Source of the DNA: Lachnospiraceae bacterium
Lineage (GTDB): Bacteria > Bacillota > Clostridia > Lachnospirales > Lachnospiraceae
Assembly (NCBI GenBank): GCA_045617725.1
Contig: JAZLJD010000054.1
Location: 645-64,644 of the forward strand
Reading direction: 5' to 3'
Length of the DNA stretch: 64,000 nt
Shown here in pieces: positions 18,153-27,002 of the stretch. Each line of letters starts with the position of its first letter. Position 1 is the first letter of the stretch. A program made the translations under genes and the position numbers. Under the pieces are notes generated by a model that was not told the DNA's origin, searched no databases, and was given only the letters and a program-made list of their open reading frames with translations.

Positions 18153-21100
18153 TGGAGTTTTCACCAAAACAAAAAGAAATCATTGCGCATCGCGACGGTA
18201 ATCTTCTTGTATCGGCAGCGGCCGGTTCCGGCAAGACTACCGTAATGGTAGAGCATGTCATAGAGCGTATCCTGGATACGCAGAATCCCTGCGATATTGA
18301 CCGCATGCTGATTGTGACCTTTACAAAGTCGGCTGCAGCACATATGCGTGATAAAATAACAGTTGCTCTTGATAAAGCACACAAAGCAGACCCTGAAAAC
18401 AAGCACATTGAAAGGCAACTGACGTTAATACACAATGCCTGCATCTGTACGCTGGACAGTTTCAATTCCATGCTGGTCAGCAATCATTTCAATGAGATAC
18501 ACCTTGATCCGGAGACGAGACTTGTTACGAATGATGAACTGAAACTCCTGTGCAACGAAACACTGGAGCAGTTCTTTGAAAAAAAGTACAGTGAGGAGGA
18601 TTCGAAGTTCCTGCTCCTTGTGGATACATACGCCGTGAAGCATTCCGACAGTAAGCTGCGCGAGATGATTTTGGGCATCCTGGAGGCGGCGGTTTCCTAT
18701 CCCTACCCGGAGGAATGGCTTTTGGAAAGTCTTGCTCCTTACCTCGTAACGACGGAGGATGAGGTGGCAGCCCTGCCCTTCTATCAGGAGAGAGTGGGAT
18801 TTCTTAAGGAGGAAATGAAGGAGGTTGCGGCTCTTTTGAAGGTAGCCTACGAGCATGCGTCCCTTTATGAATTCCTTGAAAGGAGGGTCACGATTCAGTA
18901 TGAACCGGAATTTGAAATGCTTGAGGGCATCATGGCCCTTTCGTCCGACGAGGAGGTCATTGCACAGTTCGGAACGGCAGAACCGGTAAACGGGAATAAA
19001 GCCAGACTCGTTATTAAGAATGACCCGGATGCCTCGGCCGTCAAGGCGGAAAACGACAGCCTGAGGAAGGCTTATACGACCGCATTTAACAATCTGAAGA
19101 AGGAGTGCAGTAACTTTTCGAAAAAGAATATCCTGCTTGAAATGCAGAAGATGCGTCCCGTTATGGAGGCGCTTATTGGATTGACGATTGAATTCTACCA
19201 TACCTTTGCGGATGTGAAGCGTGAGAATAAGGTGCGTGATTTCAACGATACTACGCACATGGCCCTTGATATCCTGCTTCATAAGGAAGCGGGCTGTGAG
19301 CCGGAGCCGACGGAAGTGGCGCTTATGTACCGAAAACGCTTTTTGGAAGTTATTACGGACGAGTACCAGGACTTAAATGCCGTGCAGGAATATCTGCTTT
19401 GGGCGGTTTCCGGTGGCGATTTTAAGGGAAGCAGGCAGAACCGTTTCATGGTGGGCGATGTGAAGCAGTCCATTTACGCCTTCCGTATGGCAAGACCCGA
19501 AATATTCATTGAAAAATACGAAAACTACAGCGAGGAAGCCGGTGCGTCAGAAAGCGGCAGGAAGATTCTCCTTAACCAAAACTACAGAAGCCGCCGTGAA
19601 ATCCTTGACAGCGTAAATATTCTTTTTCGCCATCTGATGCAGAAGGAAATAGGCGGAATCGAATACGATGAGGGACACGAGTTGCATCTTGGGAATCTTC
19701 AATATAAAGAAGCGGCTCCCGAAACGTATCGGACGGAGCTCATTTTAGTGGAGACGAAGGAGGATGATACCGCGGACGTCTCCTTTGACCGGGATGATGC
19801 GGAGAAGGCTGAGGGCACAGAGGATAACGAAGGTTCCGAACCAAGCGTGGAAGCAGAGAACCGCCTGAATCAGATTGAGGCCGAAAGCATCGCACTTCGA
19901 ATTCGGGAACTCATTGACGGGGGCTTCCCGGTGACGGACCGTGTTACGGGCGAGCTGCGGCCCTGCACCTACGGCGATATCTGCATTTTGTCCCGTGACG
20001 TAAGGAGCTGGGGCGATACGATGGATTGCGTGTTGTCCGCTCACAATATTCCGATGCTGGATTCGGAAAGCACGGGTTACTATGACACCATGGAGATTCG
20101 GACCATCCTGAATTACCTGAGTATTCTGGACAATCCGCAGTCGGATATACCGCTGTACGGTGTGCTGGTGAGCGTATTTTTTAGCTTCACCAATGAAGAG
20201 ATTGCCCGCATAAGGGCGAAGTGCCGCACCGTGACGGTACGAAAACGCAAGGTGAAAATCAGCCTGTATCAGTGCCTCAAGGAATATTCCGGGGACGCGG
20301 CCCTTACGCGTAAGATCGGGGATTTCTTTGAGACATATGAGAAATACCGTGCCCTGGTTCCGTACACATCCGTATCGGAACTGATTCGCGTGATTGTACG
20401 CGATGCCCGGTATCTAAACCGCATGTATGCGCTCCCGAACGGCGCACAGCGAAAGATGAATCTGGAGCTTCTGTTCATTAAGGCGGCCCAGTATGAGAAT
20501 ACCGGTTACAACGGCCTCTTTTCCTTTGTGAAGTACGTGAAGGATATGACCAAAAGCAAAATCGAGACGCAGACCGGTCACCTGACGCCCGCAGAGGCTT
20601 CGGCGGTTCGCTTTATGACCATACATAAGAGCAAGGGCCTTGAATTCCCGATTTGTATTCTGGCATCAACCGGCAAGAGCTTGGGCGGCATGAATGATAA
20701 CACCAGTTATATTTTGAACAAACAAAAGGGAATTGCCCTGCCGTACCGTGATTATCAGAAGCGCGTGAAGTGTAAGAGTGTCTACGGCGAGTACATGAAG
20801 TACTGCGACTTACGGTCGGAACGCGGCGAGGAGCTCAGAGTTCTGTATGTTGCCCTTACGAGAGCCATGGAGAAACTGATTATTGTGGGACGCGTGCCCG
20901 AAGCGGCGGCTTATGACCGGAAGATGAGCTCACCGGCGCGTTTTGACGAAAAGGGACGGCTCAGAATCGGAGAGCTTATGGCACCTCGGACGTGCTATCT
21001 TAACTATATATATTATGTGGCCAAAACCAATCCCGGTGCATTTACACTGCGTACGATTCCTTTAAGTGGTCTGACGCCCACGGACGGTACCGGGGAGGAA

Positions 21101-21904
21101 CCGGGAGAGGATACAACCGTGGTACGTATCCGGGATACGGAGCCGGCCACTGTACTTGCGGAGCATGAGGATTTAAGACGCAGGCTTTCCTTTGTGTATC
21201 CATACGAGCAGACGGCAGGTTTGTGTTCGAAGGTTACTGTTTCGAGACTTAAACTTGCAGCAATGGAGGAGAGTGAAATTGCGGGAGAAACCGCCCGGGC
21301 GTTTGAAGCACGGGAGAGCAACCGCTATATTCCTTCTTTTGTGCAGCAGCAGGAGGCTGTGAGCGGTACCAAACGCGGTGATGCATACCATCATCTTTGT
21401 GAGCTGATACCGTATGAAATTTTGGAACTGAGTGCGAGCGGAAGCATCGCCTGTGACGACGCGTATTCGGAGCACCTATTAAGGTTACTTCTTCAGAACG
21501 GCCGTATCAAGCGGGAAGAAACAGAACTCATCAATCCCAAGAAATTGACGGATTTCCTTCATTCCTCTTTGGCTTGCCGGATGAAGAAGGCCGCAGAAAA
21601 AGGCTGCCTCCGAAGAGAACAGCCCTTTGTGATTGCGATTGCAGCGGATCGTGTCGATCCTTCCTATCCCAAAGAGGAGCAGATTCTCATGCAGGGAATC
21701 GTGGATGCTTTCTTCGAGGAAGAGGACGGTATCGTGATTGTGGATTATAAGACGGATGCCGTTTCCTGCGAGCAGGAGCTTACGGAACGATACAGAGCAC
21801 AGCTTATGCTGTATGCGGAAGCAATAGAAAAGCTTACGAAGAAGCCGGTGACGGCCCTGTATCTCTATTCATTTTCGCTCGGGAAAGAGGTTAAAATCGA
21901 CTGA
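18152..21904 (+). CDS. addA: ATP-dependent helicase/nuclease subunit A
   Basis: 1250 aa. UvrD-like motifs (AAAGSGKTTVMV, TDEYQD, VGDVKQSIYAFR) and a C-terminal RecB-type nuclease (GIVDAFFEE...VDYKTD). ATG overlaps the addB stop by 1 nt. Confidence 0.9.
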   Translation: MEFSPKQKEIIAHRDGNLLVSAAAGSGKTTVMVEHVIERILDTQNPCDIDRMLIVTFTKSAAAHMRDKITVALDKAHKADPENKHIERQLTLIHNACICTLDSFNSMLVSNHFNEIHLDPETRLVTNDELKLLCNETLEQFFEKKYSEEDSKFLLLVDTYAVKHSDSKLREMILGILEAAVSYPYPEEWLLESLAPYLVTTEDEVAALPFYQERVGFLKEEMKEVAALLKVAYEHASLYEFLERRVTIQYEPEFEMLEGIMALSSDEEVIAQFGTAEPVNGNKARLVIKNDPDASAVKAENDSLRKAYTTAFNNLKKECSNFSKKNILLEMQKMRPVMEALIGLTIEFYHTFADVKRENKVRDFNDTTHMALDILLHKEAGCEPEPTEVALMYRKRFLEVITDEYQDLNAVQEYLLWAVSGGDFKGSRQNRFMVGDVKQSIYAFRMARPEIFIEKYENYSEEAGASESGRKILLNQNYRSRREILDSVNILFRHLMQKEIGGIEYDEGHELHLGNLQYKEAAPETYRTELILVETKEDDTADVSFDRDDAEKAEGTEDNEGSEPSVEAENRLNQIEAESIALRIRELIDGGFPVTDRVTGELRPCTYGDICILSRDVRSWGDTMDCVLSAHNIPMLDSESTGYYDTMEIRTILNYLSILDNPQSDIPLYGVLVSVFFSFTNEEIARIRAKCRTVTVRKRKVKISLYQCLKEYSGDAALTRKIGDFFETYEKYRALVPYTSVSELIRVIVRDARYLNRMYALPNGAQRKMNLELLFIKAAQYENTGYNGLFSFVKYVKDMTKSKIETQTGHLTPAEASAVRFMTIHKSKGLEFPICILASTGKSLGGMNDNTSYILNKQKGIALPYRDYQKRVKCKSVYGEYMKYCDLRSERGEELRVLYVALTRAMEKLIIVGRVPEAAAYDRKMSSPARFDEKGRLRIGELMAPRTCYLNYIYYVAKTNPGAFTLRTIPLSGLTPTDGTGEEPGEDTTVVRIRDTEPATVLAEHEDLRRRLSFVYPYEQTAGLCSKVTVSRLKLAAMEESEIAGETARAFEARESNRYIPSFVQQQEAVSGTKRGDAYHHLCELIPYEILELSASGSIACDDAYSEHLLRLLLQNGRIKREETELINPKKLTDFLHSSLACRMKKAAEKGCLRREQPFVIAIAADRVDPSYPKEEQILMQGIVDAFFEEEDGIVIVDYKTDAVSCEQELTERYRAQLMLYAEAIEKLTKKPVTALYLYSFSLGKEVKID

Positions 21905-21939
21905 TTTGACCCAATTGGTCAATGCCTGAAAACCCCTAT

Positions 21940-22464
21940 TTATCGGGCCTGGGAGGATATTTTGTCAATTCCCTTGCTTACGGCCGGGATAAATAGAATA
22001 GCAAGTGTTATTATTAATTCGGGACCCAGATACGCAGCCTGGTAGCCTGCGGAATACAGGAGAGCAGGTGTGCCTTCCGGGGCATATTCCGCAAAAAACA
22101 AAACGCCGCTTAAGGTGGAGACCAGGAAGCGTCCGATTACGCCCAAAAGATAACCGATTTGGAGACCGTACTTTTTGGCACGGAAGAAACCGGAAAGTCC
22201 GAGTGCCATGAAGGCAATCGGATAATCGAGCAGAATCTGGAGCAGCGTATAGCCCTTGGGGTCTAAGATAAACTGAAGAAGACCGAAGGCGAGTCCGCAG
22301 GAAAGGCCGTAGCCGATTCCGTAGAAGTAGCCGATCAGGGATATGAATAACATGGAGAAGAGAGTGATGCTGCCGCCGAAGGGCATTGGGATGGTCGGGA
22401 TGAATTCACCCGTTACCAGAGCAAGAGCGAGAGCAATTCCGGAAAAAGCAACTTTTTTTGCCAT
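21940..22464 (-). CDS. thiT: ECF-transporter S component, thiamine-type (ThiT-like)
   Basis: 174-aa six-helix protein immediately downstream of a TPP riboswitch. The symbol rests on that context plus size and topology. Confidence 0.65.
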   Translation of the reverse strand: MAKKVAFSGIALALALVTGEFIPTIPMPFGGSITLFSMLFISLIGYFYGIGYGLSCGLAFGLLQFILDPKGYTLLQILLDYPIAFMALGLSGFFRAKKYGLQIGYLLGVIGRFLVSTLSGVLFFAEYAPEGTPALLYSAGYQAAYLGPELIITLAILFIPAVSKGIDKISSQAR

Positions 22465-22616
22465 AAAAAAACCTCCTAATTGTAAGGAGGGGTGTTTTTT
22501 GATATCCTATATCTTGTGTGGTGATATCAGATATCTGCTTCCTTACGCCGGTATTAACCGGACAAGTTGTGAGGGTCAAGGACGAACCTTATCTCAGCTG
22601 TAAAGCACCCCTAGCA
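22465..22616 (-). promoter_or_regulatory. TPP (THI-box) riboswitch with RBS-sequestering/terminator-like expression platform
   Basis: Minus-strand RNA reads GGGGUGC..GCUGAGA..ACCCU..CUUGUCCGGUUAAUACCGGCGUAAGGAAGC. It is followed by CCUCCUUACAAUUAGGAGG + U7 directly before the ATG. Confidence 0.85.
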
Positions 22617-22663
22617 TGTATGTGATTTTGTAATCGCTACTTAATATAACAGAAAGGCATGTT

Positions 22664-24076
22664 ATGTTCAAGTTTATTTTATTTGATTTGGATGGAACAC
22701 TGACGGACCCCAAAGAGGGAATCACAAAGTGTGTTCAATATGCGCTTTTGAAGCTGAATGTGGCGAATCCCGATCCGGATACGCTGACACCGTTTATCGG
22801 CCCGCCGCTTAACGAAAGCTTCATGAAATTCTATAACATGACGGCACAGGAAGCCGAGGAAGCGATCGCAGTATACAGGGAGCGTTTTTCCACCATCGGT
22901 AAGTACGAGAACGTTGTGTATGACGGTATCCCCGCGATGCTTCGCCGCCTTAAACAAAAGGGCATCCGTCTGGCGGTGGCTTCGAGCAAGCCGACCGTTT
23001 TTGTGGAGGACATTCTGAAGCATTTCAAGCTTCGAAAGTATTTTGACGTAGTGGTCGGCAGTGAATTGGACGGCCGCAGGGTTCAGAAGGAAGAGGTTGT
23101 TGCAGAGGCTCTGAAGCAGCTCCACGGAGGGACCGAACTGACGGAGGAGAATCGTAAGCTTACGGCGATGGTGGGCGATCGAAAGTTTGACATACAGGGT
23201 GCCCATGCCTTCGGCCTCACCGGAGTTCTTGTAACCTACGGGTATTTATCTCCCGGCGAGCTGGAAGAGGCGCATCCCGATATAACGGCTGACACCGTTT
23301 CGGAACTTGAGAAGGCACTGCTTTGTGAGGAGGAACCGGTTGCCGGTACGGAGAAGCGATTCGCTCAGTTTAGAAATGATCAGCGACTCCATCTGTTCAG
23401 CTCCGCGTTTGTTCCCCTTATTCTGTATCTGCTTATATCTTCTATGGTGGTATTCATTGCAACGGCAATCGTAAATGCCATTTACGTTACAGACCCGTTG
23501 TCTATGGTGTCCTTATATATGGTTGCACATCCGGCAGATATCGATGCCTGGGCACAGGCCCTGGGCTACCTGGCCGCCATACTTGCAATCCTTCGATACT
23601 ATAAAATAACACGCGATATGTATCCGAGCGGTATGAACGAAGCCCCCGGAGTACTGAATTTCTTTCGGTGTCTGCTCCCGGTAATCTCCGTAAGTCTGCT
23701 TTTGAATGTGCTGATGCGACAGTTCAATCTGCCCGCCTTCTTCCCCCAGTATCTGGAAGCCTTGAAGCAGCAGGAGCAGATTACATTTGAAACCGGTCTG
23801 GTACTGTTTTGTATCGCAGCGCCCGTCTGCGAGGAGATGATGTTCCGCGGCATTTTGCAGAACCGCCTGAGCATGGCTTTTTCCGAGCGGGTCGGAATCC
23901 TTGTGTCCGCGATTATTTTTGGCGTCCTGCATATCTATCCGCTGGAAGTGATATATGCTTTCGTTTTGGGACTCATGATTTCCGGGTGCTATAAGCGTTA
24001 CCACAAATTGTGGGTACCGATTCTGATTCATGCTGTAACAAATTTCATCGTTTGGACCCTTCTCAGGGTGCTATAG
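22664..24076 (+). CDS. Fusion of a HAD-superfamily phosphatase (phosphoglycolate-phosphatase-like) and a CPBP/CAAX-type intramembrane protease domain
   Basis: HAD motifs FDLDGTLTD, VASSK and GDRKFD. Polytopic C-terminal half with EEMMFRG, FGVLH and HAVTN. Confidence 0.75.
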   Translation: MFKFILFDLDGTLTDPKEGITKCVQYALLKLNVANPDPDTLTPFIGPPLNESFMKFYNMTAQEAEEAIAVYRERFSTIGKYENVVYDGIPAMLRRLKQKGIRLAVASSKPTVFVEDILKHFKLRKYFDVVVGSELDGRRVQKEEVVAEALKQLHGGTELTEENRKLTAMVGDRKFDIQGAHAFGLTGVLVTYGYLSPGELEEAHPDITADTVSELEKALLCEEEPVAGTEKRFAQFRNDQRLHLFSSAFVPLILYLLISSMVVFIATAIVNAIYVTDPLSMVSLYMVAHPADIDAWAQALGYLAAILAILRYYKITRDMYPSGMNEAPGVLNFFRCLLPVISVSLLLNVLMRQFNLPAFFPQYLEALKQQEQITFETGLVLFCIAAPVCEEMMFRGILQNRLSMAFSERVGILVSAIIFGVLHIYPLEVIYAFVLGLMISGCYKRYHKLWVPILIHAVTNFIVWTLLRVL

Positions 24077-24082
24077 GAGTTT

Positions 24083-26530
24083 ATGGAGATTCACATTTCC
24101 GTACGCAATCTTGTGGAATTTCTTCTGCGGGAGGGCGACATTGACAATCGAAAGGGCGTTTCTTCGGACCAGGCCATGCAGGAAGGCACGAGACTGCATC
24201 GCATGATTCAGAAATCCCGTGGCACGTCGTATCAGGCTGAGGTTCCGCTCAGCCTTTCTTACGTTTATGAGGCTGCGGAGGATATTGAATCGTACAGTCT
24301 GTGCGTGGAGGGACGGGCGGACGGCATCGATGATTTTGGCGGGTTCTGCACCATCGAGGAAATCAAATGTACCTATAAAGAACTAAGGTACATCACGGAA
24401 CCCGCGGGTGTGCATCTCGCACAGGCCCGGTGCTATGCGTATATTTACGCTCTGCAGAACGATTTGCCGGCCGTGAATATCCGAATGACCTATTGCAACA
24501 TCGACAGCAGGCTGACGAAGGAATTCGAGACCATGTATTCCTTCGAACAGCTCAGGGAATTCTATACAAATCTTATGATGGAGTACAAGCGCTGGTCCGA
24601 CTATGAAATCCGCTGGACCCGGAAGCGTGATGCGTCCATTCTGAACAGTTCTTTTCCGTTCCCTTACAGGGAGGGCCAAAGAGAACTTGTTTCCCATGTT
24701 TACAACACAATCGTAAACGAACGCAAGTTATTTATTGAGGCACCGACCGGCGTCGGCAAGACGATTTCGACGGTGTATCCGGCTGTACAGGCCTTGGGAC
24801 GTGGGCTCTCGGAGCGCATTTTCTACCTGACGGCCAAGACCATCACCGGAAAGGTGGCGGTGGATACCATCGAAATCCTGCGCGGGCAGGGTGTTTTTCT
24901 TAAAAATGTTTTCCTGACGGCCAAAGAGAAAGTGTGCCCTCTTGAGGAGATGGAGTGCAATCCGGTTGCCTGCCCCTATGCCAAGGGTCACTTCGACCGA
25001 ATCAACGAAGCCATCTACGATCTTTTGATGCACGAAGACAGCTTTGATCGGGAAATTCTGGCGATTTATGCCGAAAAACATCAGGTATGCCCGTTTGAGA
25101 TGGGACTTGATATGAGCCTTTTTGCCGATATCGTAATTTGTGACTACAATTATCTGTTTGATCCGCATGTACGTCTGCAACGCTTTTTTGCAGAGGGCGT
25201 ACACGGCTCGTATACGTTCCTTATCGATGAGGCGCACAATCTGGTGGAACGTGGACGGGATATGTACAGTGCCGAACTGTATAAGGAGGATTTTCTTCTT
25301 TTGCATCGTCTTTTTGCGCCCGTGGATGCCCGTATTTCCAAGGCAGCGGAGAAGTGCAACAAGATTCTTCTGGAACTGAAAAAGGGCTGCTCGGCGGAAT
25401 ACCGGATTCACGAGCGGGTGGACGGCTTTACCCTGGCACTTTCCCAACTTTTCATGCGTATGCAGGATTTCTTTGATGAGGAAGACCATCGCAAGGCCCG
25501 GGGCGAAAGAAGAAGTGACGGAATTAACACCGATGAGCTTCGCAAGGAAGTTTTGGACCTCTATTTTGACATTTCACACTTCCTTTTGATGTATGAATAT
25601 CTGGAACTGGGGTACAAGATATATACCGAGCTCCTTGAGGACGGCCGTTTTGTGCTGCATCTTTTCTGCGTCGATCCTTCGGAGCTTCTGCTGATGTGTA
25701 TGCAAAAGGGGCGTTCTACCATTCTTTTTTCCGCGACGCTGCTTCCGATTGAATATTATAAGAAATTACTTGGGCATCTTCCCGGGGATTACGAAGTGTA
25801 CGCTCACTCCGTTTTTGATCCCGCACGTCGCGGACTTTTTATCGCTGAGGATGTTACTTCCCTTTATAAGAAACGTTCGGAGGACATGTATCGGAATATC
25901 GCCGGCTACATCCTTTCCATCTCCCGGGCGCGTCACGGCAATTATATGGTCTTTTTCCCTTCACACTCTTTTATGATGGCTGTGCTTTCCTCCCTTCAGT
26001 CCCTTCTCGGAATTTCGGAAGAGGAAACGACTGCCTCCCTGTTTGAAAAAGACGATTTGACGCTTTTGATTCAGAAGGAACGTATGCTCGAAAATGAACG
26101 CGAAGAATTCCTCTCCGCTTTTTCTGCGGAGCATACCGACCACTTCCTGATCGGCATGTGTGTTGTGGGTGGCATCTTTTCTGAGGGCATCGACTTGCGT
26201 GGTGACTCTCTGATTGGGGCCGTAATCGTCGGTACGGGTATGCCGCAGGTCGGTCCGCGTCAGACGGTTCTTAAGGATTATTTTGAGGATGATTTGGGTC
26301 GCGGCTTTGACTATGCGTATCGTTATCCCGGTATGAATAAGGTCATGCAGGCCGCCGGTCGCGTAATTCGTACTGCAGAGGATGTCGGGATTGTGGCTCT
26401 TTTGGATGAGCGCTTTTTGGACATTCGTACGCGTCGGCTGTTCCCTCTGGAATGGGGGAAATACACGATTGTGAATAAAAATAATGTGGAAAGTCGTGTA
26501 AATTCATTCTGGAATGAATGGTTAACATAA
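24083..26530 (+). CDS. XPD/DinG-family Fe-S DNA helicase with an N-terminal PD-(D/E)xK nuclease domain
   Basis: Nuclease motifs GRADGID, IEEIKC and QARCYAYIY. Walker A APTGVGKT. Cys cluster CPLEEMECNPVACPY...C. DEAH box IDEAHN. Confidence 0.8.
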   Translation: MEIHISVRNLVEFLLREGDIDNRKGVSSDQAMQEGTRLHRMIQKSRGTSYQAEVPLSLSYVYEAAEDIESYSLCVEGRADGIDDFGGFCTIEEIKCTYKELRYITEPAGVHLAQARCYAYIYALQNDLPAVNIRMTYCNIDSRLTKEFETMYSFEQLREFYTNLMMEYKRWSDYEIRWTRKRDASILNSSFPFPYREGQRELVSHVYNTIVNERKLFIEAPTGVGKTISTVYPAVQALGRGLSERIFYLTAKTITGKVAVDTIEILRGQGVFLKNVFLTAKEKVCPLEEMECNPVACPYAKGHFDRINEAIYDLLMHEDSFDREILAIYAEKHQVCPFEMGLDMSLFADIVICDYNYLFDPHVRLQRFFAEGVHGSYTFLIDEAHNLVERGRDMYSAELYKEDFLLLHRLFAPVDARISKAAEKCNKILLELKKGCSAEYRIHERVDGFTLALSQLFMRMQDFFDEEDHRKARGERRSDGINTDELRKEVLDLYFDISHFLLMYEYLELGYKIYTELLEDGRFVLHLFCVDPSELLLMCMQKGRSTILFSATLLPIEYYKKLLGHLPGDYEVYAHSVFDPARRGLFIAEDVTSLYKKRSEDMYRNIAGYILSISRARHGNYMVFFPSHSFMMAVLSSLQSLLGISEEETTASLFEKDDLTLLIQKERMLENEREEFLSAFSAEHTDHFLIGMCVVGGIFSEGIDLRGDSLIGAVIVGTGMPQVGPRQTVLKDYFEDDLGRGFDYAYRYPGMNKVMQAAGRVIRTAEDVGIVALLDERFLDIRTRRLFPLEWGKYTIVNKNNVESRVNSFWNEWLT

Positions 26531-26585
26531 CATAAATTCTGACAATTTGACAGAGAACCATTATTGAGACCATGACAGAAGTGTC

Positions 26586-26676
26586 AATCCACAAAAAAGC
26601 GGTTTTGACATGGTGGATAATGTGGATAACTCTGTGGAAAGGGTGGAGGAATTGGAGTTTTCCACTGTGGATTAAA
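26586..26676. promoter_or_regulatory. Cluster of DnaA-box-like 9-mers
   Basis: CAATCCACA at 26587; GGTGGATAA at 26615; TGTGGATAA at 26623 (perfect complement of TTATCCACA); TGTGGAAAG at 26635; TGTGGATTA at 26668. Confidence 0.45.
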
Positions 26677-26886
26677 ACTGCGTGTCATATTGCAGATATA
26701 CATTCGGTTTTTGAGCATATTACCGGAAAGGCATTATGTGAACCTAAAAAACGAAATTGACTAATTGAGTCACATACCTTGAATTGTGTAGATAAAGGTG
26801 AAATTGAAGGGAATTGTACCTACAATTGGACATTTTTGACACAATTTGAAAAACAGGCTTTTTCGAAATAATGAGACATATAGAGG

Positions 26887-27002
26887 TAGTGTGAAAAATG
26901 CAAAGCATTTTTCACGCGACACTTTGTGTCGCAATCCGTAGCAGCTTCGCTGTAATACAGTGAAGGGCTAAATATACCGGATTGCGAAATGCGGGGATTA
27001 TT
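26887..27002 (+). promoter_or_regulatory. Structured 5' leader, copy A of a duplicated element (candidate cis-regulatory RNA)
   Basis: Near-identical to 61472-61586. Contains an 11-bp hairpin, a 7-bp hairpin and an 8-bp long-range helix GCAAUCCG/CGGAUUGC. Ends at the SD and start codon. Confidence 0.5.

Noticed and set aside
26572-26760. 62-aa Trp-rich ORF (MTEVSIHKKAVLTWWIMWITLWKGW...).
   Set aside because: The Trp and Ile codons come directly from the repeated TGTGGATAA-type DnaA boxes. There is no RBS.
26531-26990. Chromosomal replication origin (oriC), suggested by the DnaA boxes and AT-rich DNA.
   Set aside because: There is no dnaA, dnaN or rpmH nearby, and gene orientation does not switch across the region. 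Only one perfect box is present. A secondary DnaA-binding cluster or regulatory site is the more conservative reading.
26982-27002. Shared N-terminal extension MRNAGI on both the YkvI-type and aminopeptidase ORFs (TTG starts at 26982 and 61566).
   Set aside because: The identical peptide is encoded by the duplicated leader itself. The downstream ATGs (27003, 61587) have the SD-like GGGGA at proper spacing. Two unrelated proteins sharing a 7-aa extension is better explained by non-coding repeat sequence.
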